Of a stretch of DNA of 64,000 nt, positions 1-10,257 are shown piece after piece. The stretch's first letter is position 1. Every line of letters begins with the position of its first letter. The notes beneath the pieces were generated by a model. The model was given only the letters and a program-made list of their open reading frames with translations. It was not told the origin of the DNA and ran no database searches. This DNA is from Leptolyngbyaceae cyanobacterium (GTDB taxonomy: Bacteria > Cyanobacteriota > Cyanobacteriia > Phormidesmidales > Phormidesmidaceae). Both the position numbers and the translations under genes were made by a program. The DNA is taken from positions 384,001 to 448,000 of the forward strand of contig CBDHHL010000056.1 of the NCBI GenBank assembly GCA_965263355.1, read 5' to 3'.

Positions 1-704
1 ATTTCAGCAAAAGCTCCTTTGCTACCACCAAGGAGCCCTAAAAACACTATAAAAACTAAAATTGAACAGTAATATTTAACATAAATCTTATATTCAAAGA
101 TATTTAACAAACATAATGAAATTATTAGTGCTTCTGGAACCAGAAATATCAAGACTCCTGAAACTTTAGCAGCAGATAATTTAACACCCACCTTAAAAAC
201 GAAATTTAAGGTGGCTAAGGTGAGTACTCCAAACAAAATAAGGTTTTTAATAACTTCCTTTTTGTATACAAGAATACTAAGTCTCTCCGTAGACATGTAT
301 TTGCCATTTTGAAACGCCTTCTTATATTTGTTGTTGAAGCCAAAGGTTAATGAAGAAAGACAAAAACCCGACAAAAGCAACAAGCTATAGATACCTATTT
401 TCCATATAGATGTTTCAATTAAACCATTGTTAATTAAACCCAGTCTAAAGTATTTGAATAGTTCTTTGTTGGGGATTAACAATAGTGGTCTTAACATATG
501 AGTCAGCCAAATTACTAGAACTATAAATATATAAGCATGTTTATCTCTTAAATATTTTCCAAATAAATAGTATGGCAAAGTCATAAAAATGGCTGTCACA
601 AAATAACTAAACCCTAAGGGCAAGTCATACAAGGTGACAAATATTGCCCCTGCAAAAGCAAAAATAATAAAGTATTCAAAAAATCTTAATTTCATGAATA
701 TCAT
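1..704 (-). CDS. Polytopic membrane protein, probable Wzy-type polysaccharide polymerase (5' part; runs off the window)
   Basis: Manually translated frame from ATG at 704 (MIFMKLRFFEYFIIFAFAGAIFVTLYDLPLG...). Very hydrophobic and AT-rich, preceded by an AGGTGGAG RBS-like sequence, and downstream of flippase/GT/sulfotransferase genes. Confidence 0.55.
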   Translation of the reverse strand, partial: MIFMKLRFFEYFIIFAFAGAIFVTLYDLPLGFSYFVTAIFMTLPYYLFGKYLRDKHAYIFIVLVIWLTHMLRPLLLIPNKELFKYFRLGLINNGLIETSIWKIGIYSLLLLSGFCLSSLTFGFNNKYKKAFQNGKYMSTERLSILVYKKEVIKNLILFGVLTLATLNFVFKVGVKLSAAKVSGVLIFLVPEALIISLCLLNIFEYKIYVKYYCSILVFIVFLGLLGGSKGAFAE

Positions 705-778
705 TTCTCCACCTTATAGAAGACCATGAAACCTACGTTTAACCGAAGAGGCTTGATAGTTAGTTGGTTTTGTTTTGC

Positions 779-1558
779 TCAAGAATTCCACTGCTCAACT
801 ATAGTTTTTATTTCCTGCGGTCCATAAAAGTGATTAAAGTACTTTGACTGAATCATTTTATTGACATACTCTTCGGGAAATCGAATATGTTGCTTAAACG
901 CGTAATATGTTTTGGAATATCTTTTAGCCGCACCAACATTCTTAGGAGTAATCGATAAAGAGCCAGACTCTAGCTCAAGAAACCTCTCAATGCATGAGGC
1001 TTTCAGAGTATCCTGAAGGTCATAGCGCATCACTAGTAGCTCAAAATTATCTTGCCTAAACTGATAAGCTTTTTCCTCTAAAGGAAATGGTTTCGAATAA
1101 ACATCAATACCTGTGTAAAACTTAATGTAATTATCAAACCAATTTAATGGTGAATAATGGTGCTGATATTTATCAAAAAACAGCCCAACCAGTTCATCTA
1201 AGGTAAATCCACTTTCGACATAAGTTGCACCCGTATTCCTTTCATAGTTTTGAAAAAATGAAGAAACATTCTTACCAATAGGATCTCGCACTAATGTCAA
1301 AATTTTAAGAGGCTTTTGAGGCTTTATTAAGTGGCGATAGATTACCACAGAGCGAGGATGCGCTATCTCATTCATAAAATGACTTGTAAATACAGATATA
1401 CCTCGTACTTTACGCAACGCTCCTACCATAGAAGTACTGCCCACCTTCCCCATGGTCCAAACCAATACAGGTCGAGTCGTTTTGAGCAGTAATTTAACTT
1501 TTGGCTCAAATATAAAATTTCGCAGAGACTTATTTAGATCCTTTTTAATTAAGAGCAT
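779..1558 (-). CDS. Sulfotransferase-fold capsular polysaccharide synthesis protein
   Basis: MGKVGSTS (5'-PSB-like loop) and LVRDPIGKNVSSFF (3'-PB-like motif); EPS locus context. Confidence 0.65.
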   Translation of the reverse strand: MLLIKKDLNKSLRNFIFEPKVKLLLKTTRPVLVWTMGKVGSTSMVGALRKVRGISVFTSHFMNEIAHPRSVVIYRHLIKPQKPLKILTLVRDPIGKNVSSFFQNYERNTGATYVESGFTLDELVGLFFDKYQHHYSPLNWFDNYIKFYTGIDVYSKPFPLEEKAYQFRQDNFELLVMRYDLQDTLKASCIERFLELESGSLSITPKNVGAAKRYSKTYYAFKQHIRFPEEYVNKMIQSKYFNHFYGPQEIKTIVEQWNS

Positions 1559-1677
1559 ATTTTTGGAAAAAAAGAGGAAGTTATATGGTTTTTAGCATCA
1601 CCCAAAAATTAGCCTACAAGTCAACAGTTTATTGAGTGAGTTAGTAGAACTATATCTCACCCAGTCCAATTACAAAA

Positions 1678-2673
1678 TCAAGCCCAATCGCGTGAAAGCT
1701 TGGGACTTAGGATTGTATTATCCACCCATTTTTTAATATTTTTTCCAAAGACATATAGTTTTGCACCTAGCTTTCCGGATAAATCTAATTTAGTATCTAA
1801 GGCTTTATAGCCAAGTTTTATCATATATTTTTCACTTAGATACTCTATCAAGGCTATCTGTTTTCTAGAAAGCTCTTTTTCCCATCTATTAAGACTATCA
1901 GTGTTAATTGGCTCAGCTGCCTTAAGAAAATGGGAGATTGCCCATTTTGAAGAACATGATTCAATAGTTCGCTGGCAAGGAAGATGCTCAGAAAATAACA
2001 TTTGACCTTGAAAGTCTTCACCAACAAACTGACAAATTTCTGTAAGCACAGCTAAAGGGGTAGAGACAAGCTCCTCGTATTTCACGCACATAACTCTGGC
2101 ATCTAGACGCCATTTTTCTAGATGCTTAATGCTGTCTTTCCACCTAAGGACATAAGGAATTATATGCTTTCCTTTCCAGGGAACCTTTTGCATAGAGGCA
2201 GTAACTGCTCTGGGGTCCCTTACCATGTAAATAACTCGCGCATCAGGATACCAGTTTAAGAGCTGAGCAATATAAGCATAATGCGCTGGTGTTTTCTCTC
2301 CCCAGCGCCTTTTACCATCCTTTTCTGCGTATTGTCTCAGCAGACTAGCGAATAATGATTTAGCAACATTTTGTTTCTTAAACTGTATAGTGGCTAGTAG
2401 CTTAGAAGCATCACATTCAAAGTAATTAAATCGTTCACTGTGTATAAAGATCTGCCAAAATTTCTCAAACCTATCCTTCACTTGAAGAGAAGGAATCGGA
2501 AATCTTTGCATCCAATAGTTAAAGAAATGACTTTCTGGTGAAATACTTATTTGAGAATGGGAAGACAGTATTCTACTAACCAAAGTTGTTCCAGACCGAT
2601 GCATGCCAACAATAAAAATTGGCGATTCTTGAATACTATTTTCTCTCTCTATCTTTTGTATTGGCTGAGACAT
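1678..2673 (-). CDS. Sulfotransferase family protein
   Basis: PIFIVGMHRSGTT, RWGEKTP and MVRDPRAV motifs of PAPS-dependent sulfotransferases. Confidence 0.85.
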   Translation of the reverse strand: MSQPIQKIERENSIQESPIFIVGMHRSGTTLVSRILSSHSQISISPESHFFNYWMQRFPIPSLQVKDRFEKFWQIFIHSERFNYFECDASKLLATIQFKKQNVAKSLFASLLRQYAEKDGKRRWGEKTPAHYAYIAQLLNWYPDARVIYMVRDPRAVTASMQKVPWKGKHIIPYVLRWKDSIKHLEKWRLDARVMCVKYEELVSTPLAVLTEICQFVGEDFQGQMLFSEHLPCQRTIESCSSKWAISHFLKAAEPINTDSLNRWEKELSRKQIALIEYLSEKYMIKLGYKALDTKLDLSGKLGAKLYVFGKNIKKWVDNTILSPKLSRDWA

Positions 2674-2719
2674 AAGCGCAACAGTGAAATGCCATTAGAG
2701 CACAGAAATATTGATCTTC

Positions 2720-4162
2720 TCAAGATATCTTATGACGCACTAACTTTGGCAGTTGTGTTAAGGTTTTAGGCGATAAGTAAAATAAGCAGATAGAGTAAGT
2801 TACTAAGCCTAAAATGACTGAACTTAAAAGTAAGAACCAGTTGGGCAGGAGTAATCTACCTAAGTGGGCAATTATAAAACTTACTGCAGCAGCTATTAAA
2901 CCACTAAGCAAAATAGGCATAATTGAATAAACATATTGGTTATAGGATATTTTTGCAAGTTTTTTAATTGCAATTAAGGGCAAAGGGAAAAGAATATATC
3001 CTCTAACCACATAGGCAATTGCTACAGCTAGAATCCCCCAGCGCACAGCAAAATAAAATGCAGGAAAGTTAATCATAGCATTGAGAAAATTAAATCCTAA
3101 ACGCCAAGCTGGTTTGCCTAATGCGATCAGCAGATTTGAATCTAGTCCACCTAACGCATGAATAGGACCAATTAATGCCAAAACTCTCATCACTGGAATA
3201 CTTGGCTCCCACTGCTCACCAAACAGTAAAGAAATAACATTAGGAGCTAATGTAACCAGAAAGAAAAATGCTGGAATCGAAACCAAGCTCACCACTTTTG
3301 CCCCGTCGTAAAAAGCTTTTCGCAACTTAGTTGGATTCTCTTGTAACTTGGCAAATGCAGAAAACGCTACCTGATTGACTGGAGCATTAATCAACTGAGT
3401 CATGAGTAATAACGCTTGATAAGCCACGTTGTAATAGCCTAAGGCTGTCGTACCCAAAAAATATCCAATCAGTAAATCATCGGAACGACGATTGACAACA
3501 TTGAGAATATTAATGCCGACAATACTAATTCCAAATGACATCAGCTGTTTCAAAGCTGTGAGTGAAAATTTCAACCTAGGTCGCCATTTACCTACCTGCC
3601 AAAGCACAATCATTGCAATAAATGATCTAGTAAGTTCCTGAACCACTAAGCTCCACACACCAAAACCAGCTAACGCTAAAAAAACAGCCAAAAAACCACT
3701 GACTGACAATGCTATTAGTGAGCGTATGGCTAAAGCCTTAAACTCTAATTGACGCTGTAATAAGGCTGTTTGAACACTGCTAAGAGCAATAAGAATAAAT
3801 ACAGGAGAAAGACTCTGCAAAATCAAAACCAGTTCTGGTTCATGAAACTGCTGAGCAACGAAATTAGCTCCAAAAAAGACACAAAGGCTGAATACTAAGC
3901 TAGTAACTAAGCTTGTCCAGAACGCTGTATCAAGATAATCAGATTGAATATGCTTAGCTTGCACAATAGCTTGCGCAAATCCCTGTTCTACAAAGATCCG
4001 AATTAGGGCAATAACTACATTGGCTAAAGCTACTAAGCCAAAAGCTTCAGGCATCAGAAGACGCGTCAAGATTAGTAATGAGAGAGCGTGAAAAAACAAG
4101 CCTCCCCATTTTTGAATGACTGACCAAAACACCCCCCGGATAGCCAGAGCTTTAAGATTCAT
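2720..4162 (-). CDS. wzx: MOP-family polysaccharide flippase (Wzx/WzxC-like)
   Basis: About 12 hydrophobic segments; LTRLLMPEAFGLVA and DDLLIGYFLG..ALGYYNVA patterns typical of WzxC flippases. Confidence 0.85.
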   Translation of the reverse strand: MNLKALAIRGVFWSVIQKWGGLFFHALSLLILTRLLMPEAFGLVALANVVIALIRIFVEQGFAQAIVQAKHIQSDYLDTAFWTSLVTSLVFSLCVFFGANFVAQQFHEPELVLILQSLSPVFILIALSSVQTALLQRQLEFKALAIRSLIALSVSGFLAVFLALAGFGVWSLVVQELTRSFIAMIVLWQVGKWRPRLKFSLTALKQLMSFGISIVGINILNVVNRRSDDLLIGYFLGTTALGYYNVAYQALLLMTQLINAPVNQVAFSAFAKLQENPTKLRKAFYDGAKVVSLVSIPAFFFLVTLAPNVISLLFGEQWEPSIPVMRVLALIGPIHALGGLDSNLLIALGKPAWRLGFNFLNAMINFPAFYFAVRWGILAVAIAYVVRGYILFPLPLIAIKKLAKISYNQYVYSIMPILLSGLIAAAVSFIIAHLGRLLLPNWFLLLSSVILGLVTYSICLFYLSPKTLTQLPKLVRHKIS

Positions 4163-4193
4163 AGAGTCGCATGAAGCATTAAGAGCACTTACA

Positions 4194-5486
4194 TCACTTA
4201 CACACTGTTTTTAGCACTTCAAAATATTGCCTCCCAATTACTTCAGGTGTAAAGCTACTCTCCATTTTCTGACGACCTTTCCACCCCATTTTCTTAGCTA
4301 AGGTAGGATCGCTAGCCAAGAGCCTGAAAAAATCAGCTAACTCCTTACTAGCTCCATTCCTAAAGACAGCACCATACGCAGCTTGTTCAACTAACTCTTC
4401 TAAATAAGTACCCTCTGGACAAATGATTGCGATTGGTCGTTGGGCTGCTAAAGCTGGATATAACTTACTTGGAGCAACCAAGCTTTCCATACCTGGACTA
4501 ACACTTACTAACGACACATCACAAGCCGTCATCGAATAAGGAAGAGTTTTTTTATCTTGATAAGGTAAGAATAGAAAATTATCTAAGCCTTCCATTTCTA
4601 CCTTATCAATCAGCTTCTCTCGCTTTACACCACCCCCAATACACACAAATCGGATTGATTCATTTCGCAATAACTTCGCAGCCTGAAAGATTGTGTCGAT
4701 ATCATGACAACGTCCCATATTGCCTGAATACAGCACCGTAAATGTATTTACCAGATCATACTTATGAGCAAACCAATTATCTTTTTTCTCAATCGGTTTA
4801 ATCAGTTCTGGATCTGCCCAGCTATGGATAACCTCCAACCGATCTGCCACAGCCGGACAATGCCCCATTACCCGTTGCTTCATCGTCGGGCTCAAAACAA
4901 TCAATGACTTAGCCCGTTGCCACACTCGACTATTCACCCAACGCCACAACTTTGAAACCGGATGATTCTCAGCCACTACACCCAGTTCCACTGCAATGTC
5001 TGGATATAGATCGTATAAAATCACAATATAGGGTGTAGCAAATAATAAGTTTGCTAGATAGCCAATTACAGGTAAAAACGGTGGTGCTGTTGTCAGCAAC
5101 AACACTTTACTAGTATCGCCACCATGGAGCAGCAAGTGCCAAAAAGCTCGAATAACAAACAATACCCCGTTGACTGTCTTACCCCGAATCCGATTTGAAT
5201 AAAGTCGAGTCATGCGTGACCGATATACTTTCAAATTCTCAGAAGATTCTTGATTGGAAGCCCTCATCTCACCGAAGGCATACCCTGGCTGCCCTGTAAA
5301 TACTTCAATCGACATCCCCTGTTTCGCTAACTGTCTGACTAACTCATCCAGCAATTGCCCAGTTGCAGCATAATCAGGAGCAAAAAACTGTGTAATCAGC
5401 TTTACTGTTTGTCGGGCTGACCGGGTCTCTGATAAATCCAAAAAGTAAGTTTTTTCCGAAGAGAGTTCCTGTTTGCTAAGTACCAT
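4194..5486 (-). CDS. Glycosyltransferase family 4 (WcaI/WbuB-like)
   Basis: ITQFFAPDYAATGQLL N-terminus, YDLYPDIAV, LYSGNMGRCHD and PSKLY motifs. Confidence 0.85.
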   Translation of the reverse strand: MVLSKQELSSEKTYFLDLSETRSARQTVKLITQFFAPDYAATGQLLDELVRQLAKQGMSIEVFTGQPGYAFGEMRASNQESSENLKVYRSRMTRLYSNRIRGKTVNGVLFVIRAFWHLLLHGGDTSKVLLLTTAPPFLPVIGYLANLLFATPYIVILYDLYPDIAVELGVVAENHPVSKLWRWVNSRVWQRAKSLIVLSPTMKQRVMGHCPAVADRLEVIHSWADPELIKPIEKKDNWFAHKYDLVNTFTVLYSGNMGRCHDIDTIFQAAKLLRNESIRFVCIGGGVKREKLIDKVEMEGLDNFLFLPYQDKKTLPYSMTACDVSLVSVSPGMESLVAPSKLYPALAAQRPIAIICPEGTYLEELVEQAAYGAVFRNGASKELADFFRLLASDPTLAKKMGWKGRQKMESSFTPEVIGRQYFEVLKTVCK

Positions 5487-5600
5487 AGGTGTAGATGCCG
5501 GAGTGGGAACGATGGAGAAACTAAGCTAAGAGTTGACTGCCTATAAACAGATATTTAAGAGCTACTAGGATATGTTTGCCAGCCTCCAGACCAATTACTG

Positions 5601-5643
5601 AAAGACCATATCAATCAAAGACCATATCAATCAAAGACCATAT
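5601..5643. repeat. 16-bp tandem repeat AAAGACCATATCAATC, about 2.7 copies
   Basis: Copies start at 5601, 5617 and 5633 (partial). Confidence 0.9.
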
Positions 5644-5986
5644 TTAATAGCTACGATAACCGTGGGACCACGAATAATCTTTGGAGCTAGACAGGAACAT
5701 AGTAGGCACTGAAGACAACTCCTGAACGGTCAGTCAAATGAATCAACGCTGGACAAACATCTAAAACCAGCTCCCAAAACAACAATCCCCCATCATTTTT
5801 TAAATTAATCAAATTAAGGTGATGGTTTTATATCCTCATGGGCACTATGAATTACGAAACAGTACAAACCCCAAAAAACATTATTAGGAACAGCAGCCAC
5901 ATTAGCAGAAGCTATGGAATTTGTGCCAACTTTATCTCCTGAAAAGTTTTTATTCGGTAACTTTTTATCAGTTTGCTTTCCGAAAG

Positions 5987-6004
5987 CCCTATGAATTCAT
6001 AGGG
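5987..6004. promoter_or_regulatory. Perfect 18-bp palindrome CCCTATGAATTCATAGGG, candidate operator
   Basis: Exact inverted repeat in the divergent intergenic region between the GT4 operon and wza. Confidence 0.4.
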
Positions 6005-6274
6005 TGACAACCTATAGAAACTCCTTTAACACAAGCATTTGCCCATGCATATCTACGATGGGTGCATAGCCAACTAGAAATATAAACTTTAATGAAGTTA
6101 GGCTTGCATTATGCTTCCTTGCAAGGATTTGTAGAGTATCGTTTCTCCCTAAAGTTATGGTCAGAAAAAATATAGTCCCATTCTGGTCAATACTTTCTGC
6201 TGAATGTTATGACTAGCCCGTGAGTAAATGTTTGTTCTCTTATCTGTAAATTTGTCAAGCCACTCTCTACTATC

Positions 6275-7708
6275 ATGGTAAGCTTTGCTGGTCTAGCGCG
6301 TGTAGTTACAGGTGTTGTGTTGGGTGTTGCTATCGCCAATACGGATGCAGTACTTGCCAATGTAGGGCCATTGCCCGAAATCAGGTCGGTAACAACTACT
6401 GTCCTAAACGATATTTACCTTTTGGGACCTGGGGACCTCATTAGTATCGATATTTTTAATGTGCCAGAATACAGTGGTGAACAACGGGTACTTGCTAACG
6501 GCAGGGTAAACTTGCCAGCAATTGGGCAGCTGTCGATTGTAGGATTAACAATATCGCAGGCAGAACAAGCCATTAGTAGTGCCTATAGCTCAAAAATTCG
6601 TTATCCACGAACTACTTTAAGCTTGATCTCACCTCGACAGCTCCGTATTGCAATTACAGGTGAAATTTATCAGCCTGGGGTTTACACTATTCCCGTTGAT
6701 GAAACTGGACAGTTTCCAACGCTTGTAGATGCCATTCAGCTGGCAGGAGGGATGACCCAATCTGCGAATATGGAGCAGGTTCAGGTACAACGCAACGTGG
6801 AAAATGGCAAAACGCAAAGTTTCACTAGCGATCTGGCTATGTTGATTGGTCAGGGGGACCTCCAGCAAGATTTTCCTCTTCGAGATGGGGATGCCATTAC
6901 AATCAGTCAGGCTAGTGACATTGATCTACGCGCCTCTAATCAGTTAGCAATTTCTAATCTAGCCACAGATGAAGAAGAGTCCATTGCTGTTGTGGTAGTT
7001 GGTGAAGTATTTCGCCCTGGAACGTATAACTACGCCTCACGAAGGACGTCGAGCCAATCAGTAACCGTAAGTAACAATACCGCTGCTAATACTGTTCAAC
7101 AACCTGGAAGACTAACGGTGACGCGGGCGCTGCGTTTAGCGGGTGGGATTAAACCCTTAGCAGATCTGCGTAAGGTAGAAGTCAAACGCACTACACGTTC
7201 TGGCAACAGTCAAACAATTTCTTTAGACTTGTGGCAGTTAGTAGAAGCTGGAGAAAACAGTCAAGATCTTGTTTTGCAAACAGGCGACACTATTATCGTT
7301 CCAACTGCCGTGGCTGCTAATCCAGAACAAATTAGTAGGCTGACTGCCACTAATCTTTCACCTGATACGATTACTGTCAACGTAGTGGGAGAGGTTGAGC
7401 AACCTGGAACAGTGACGGTGACTGCAAATACGACCCTTAATCAGGTGTTATTGGCAGCTGGTGGATTTAATCGACGAGCCAAGGAAGAAACGGTTGAGCT
7501 GATTCGCCTCAACCCCAATGGTACTGTTACTCGCAACGCTATTGAGATTGATCTAACACAAGGATTAAACTCTGAGAATAATCCGATCGTGCAGCACAAT
7601 GACATTGTGGTGGTGAATCCAAGCACAGTAGCACGTCTTTCAGACAATCTTGGTGTCCTGTTGAATCCTTTTTTGCAGATTTTACCTATCCTAAATTTTG
7701 CAAATTAG
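6275..7708 (+). CDS. wza: Polysaccharide export protein with SLBB repeats (Wza/OPX)
   Basis: Signal peptide, YLLGPGDLISIDIFNVPEYSG poly_export motif, three GEV..PG SLBB repeats; directly upstream of wzc. Confidence 0.9.
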   Translation: MVSFAGLARVVTGVVLGVAIANTDAVLANVGPLPEIRSVTTTVLNDIYLLGPGDLISIDIFNVPEYSGEQRVLANGRVNLPAIGQLSIVGLTISQAEQAISSAYSSKIRYPRTTLSLISPRQLRIAITGEIYQPGVYTIPVDETGQFPTLVDAIQLAGGMTQSANMEQVQVQRNVENGKTQSFTSDLAMLIGQGDLQQDFPLRDGDAITISQASDIDLRASNQLAISNLATDEEESIAVVVVGEVFRPGTYNYASRRTSSQSVTVSNNTAANTVQQPGRLTVTRALRLAGGIKPLADLRKVEVKRTTRSGNSQTISLDLWQLVEAGENSQDLVLQTGDTIIVPTAVAANPEQISRLTATNLSPDTITVNVVGEVEQPGTVTVTANTTLNQVLLAAGGFNRRAKEETVELIRLNPNGTVTRNAIEIDLTQGLNSENNPIVQHNDIVVVNPSTVARLSDNLGVLLNPFLQILPILNFAN

Positions 7709-7766
7709 AACATGATTTGATTCTGGAATGTTGAACAACACTTAACCTTTAGACATCACTGGGTCG

Positions 7767-10061
7767 ATGGATAATTTATCAGCAAACAACGGTACAGCTA
7801 CTGAAAGGCATTGGAAAGGGTTGACCTTATCCCAAATGCCATGGGATGAGGACGACCTTGATCTAAGTCAACTATTTACAGTATTACGTCGACGAGCTGT
7901 GATGGTTATGGGTATTGCAGCCGGGCTAATGGGTGCTGTTGTTGCTCATACATTACTTCAGGAGCCTATTTATGAAAGTACGTTCCAGGTTTTAGTAGAA
8001 CCAGTTAATGCAGATAATAAGGTTAAAGACTTTAGTGATTTACTGGGGGATGCTTTACCTAATAAACCTTCTGGATTGGACTATGAAACTCAGGTCCAGG
8101 TGCTACGCAGCCCTGGTTTAATTGAACAGGTGTTGTCAGAGCTGCAAACAATTGATCCAGACCCTGATCTAGGGTACGAAAAATTTTTAGAGCGTCTCAC
8201 CATCAGGCGTGTGGGGGAAACAAAGATTATAGAAGTGCTTTATCGGGGAAAAGATCCAGGGAAAATTAAAACAACCTTAAACGTTCTGGCGGATGTATAT
8301 CTCGACTATAGTCTTAAGGAGCGCCAGACTAATCTACGACAGGGAATTCAATTTGTAAATAAACAGTTACCAGAGTTAGAAGGGAAAGTTAATGACTTAC
8401 AAAATCAATTAGAGATATTTCGTCGAACCCATAATTTTATTAATCCAACCACTCAGAACGAACAAATTGCGAAACGATCTGAGGAACTCAGTAGTCAACG
8501 ATTGGAAGTTGATCGTCAACTATCTCGGGCACAAACAAACTATGATCTGTTGACATTTTCTGAGGGGAGGGAAGCGGCTCTACAAGATGCGCCGGTTTAT
8601 CAGCAGCTGGTGCAAGAGCTACGGCAAATTGAATCGGATATTGCTGCCGGATTAACCCGCTTTTATCCTGACAGCTTAGAAATCTTGGTGTTGCAAGAAA
8701 AACGGGAGCGGCTACTGCCTGTTTTAGAGGCAGAGGCTCAAAGGGTTATCCGTGTCCATTCTGCCGGAGCGATCAACGACATCGAGATTTTAGAGGCTCA
8801 AAGCTCCACTTTGAGTGAGGCTGAAACGAAACTGCAAAGTACGTTAGCCCAGTTGCCTACGTTGGCCAGAGAATATAGTGATCTACAACGAGAGCTAGAA
8901 ATTGCAGTTCGTGCGTTGAGTCGCTTTTTGGAAACCCGTGAAACGCTTCAGATTGAAGCGGCACAAACGGAAATTCCTTGGGAGTTAATTGAGCCGCCTT
9001 TGGAGCCCACTAGTCCCATTTCACCTAGCGTTTTACGAAATTTGGTGCTGGGCTTGGTAGCCAGTTCGCTATTAGGTGTAGGTACCGCATTGACATTGGA
9101 GAAACTAGATAGTGTTTGTCGCACTGTAGATGAGCTTAAAACTATTTCGAAATTGCCGCTGTTAGGTATTGTTCCCTATCAAGCTGAGTTTGATGATGTA
9201 AAGACAGCTGAACGTGGATTGGGGAGCTGGTTAAAGCCCTATGTACAAAAACAGAATAATACATTGAATCCTTACGGTTATAGCGGTTCGCAGTTTTTAG
9301 AGTCGATGCGTTTGTTACAGACAAACCTATTGCTGTTAGGAACTGAGCGTCCCATTCAGTCAATAATTTTAAGTTCATCCATGTCAGGAGAGGGTAAGTC
9401 GACACTGGCTCAGCACTTGGCTCAAACAGCTGCCACCATGGGTAAACGGGTACTGTTGATAGATGTTGATCTGCGGCGACCAGTCATCCACAAACGTTTA
9501 AATTTGCAAAACACCCAGGGACTGAGCGATTTATTATCTGGTAACACCACTAAAGAGGCAGTATTGCAGAGAGCAATGCCGTTTGTTGAGTTTTATGCCA
9601 TTACGGCTGGTAGTATTCCTCCAGATCCAGTCAAGCTGTTGTCATCTAAACGAATGCAGCAGTTAATGGTTGATTTGGAAAAAGAATTTGATTTGATCAT
9701 TTATGATTCACCACCTTTGATGGGTTTGGCAGATACGACGTTAGTAGCTCCCCATACAGACGGGATAATTTTGGTATCACGGGTGAATAAGTGCGATCGC
9801 GACATCCTCAGCCACACCATTGAAAATATTCGTTTCGCCAAAATCCCAGTGTTAGGGATAGTTGCCAACGGCATCATTCCCAATGGCAAAAGTTATAAAT
9901 ACTATAGTTATGGTTATGAGCCATCCCAGAAACAGGAGACTGAGACTTTAACCTCACCCCACAAAAATGGCAAGCATGAAACTAACGGCAATGGTTCCAT
10001 AACCAAAGCTGATCGAGAGAAGGGACTCAGTCTGAGTGACTTTTTCAAGTTACGTAAGTAA
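7767..10061 (+). CDS. wzc: Polysaccharide co-polymerase / BY-kinase (Wzc/GumC)
   Basis: Two TM segments flanking a coiled coil, Walker A SSMSGEGKS, DVDLRRP, IIYDSPP, and a C-terminal Tyr cluster YKYYSYGY. Confidence 0.92.
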   Translation: MDNLSANNGTATERHWKGLTLSQMPWDEDDLDLSQLFTVLRRRAVMVMGIAAGLMGAVVAHTLLQEPIYESTFQVLVEPVNADNKVKDFSDLLGDALPNKPSGLDYETQVQVLRSPGLIEQVLSELQTIDPDPDLGYEKFLERLTIRRVGETKIIEVLYRGKDPGKIKTTLNVLADVYLDYSLKERQTNLRQGIQFVNKQLPELEGKVNDLQNQLEIFRRTHNFINPTTQNEQIAKRSEELSSQRLEVDRQLSRAQTNYDLLTFSEGREAALQDAPVYQQLVQELRQIESDIAAGLTRFYPDSLEILVLQEKRERLLPVLEAEAQRVIRVHSAGAINDIEILEAQSSTLSEAETKLQSTLAQLPTLAREYSDLQRELEIAVRALSRFLETRETLQIEAAQTEIPWELIEPPLEPTSPISPSVLRNLVLGLVASSLLGVGTALTLEKLDSVCRTVDELKTISKLPLLGIVPYQAEFDDVKTAERGLGSWLKPYVQKQNNTLNPYGYSGSQFLESMRLLQTNLLLLGTERPIQSIILSSSMSGEGKSTLAQHLAQTAATMGKRVLLIDVDLRRPVIHKRLNLQNTQGLSDLLSGNTTKEAVLQRAMPFVEFYAITAGSIPPDPVKLLSSKRMQQLMVDLEKEFDLIIYDSPPLMGLADTTLVAPHTDGIILVSRVNKCDRDILSHTIENIRFAKIPVLGIVANGIIPNGKSYKYYSYGYEPSQKQETETLTSPHKNGKHETNGNGSITKADREKGLSLSDFFKLRK

Positions 10062-10257
10062 CTGAGCAAAATAATGAACAAAGAGATCTATTACTGGAGG
10101 CGAGCAGGGTTAAAGGTTAATTGTTGTAGACGTTTTCTACGAGCCTATTGCTTTGTGCATAAGGTGATTAAGCTCAAAATGATCTTTCTCTACTAACTCT
10201 ACCGCCAAAGCTTAATCAGTGCCAATCAAGCGTTCGACGAGTTCATTCAAAACTGGG

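Noticed and set aside
5601..5643. Possible CRISPR array (also considered 29710-29941 and 35887-35963)
   Set aside because: The repeats are contiguous or only two copies, have no unique spacers, and there are no cas genes.
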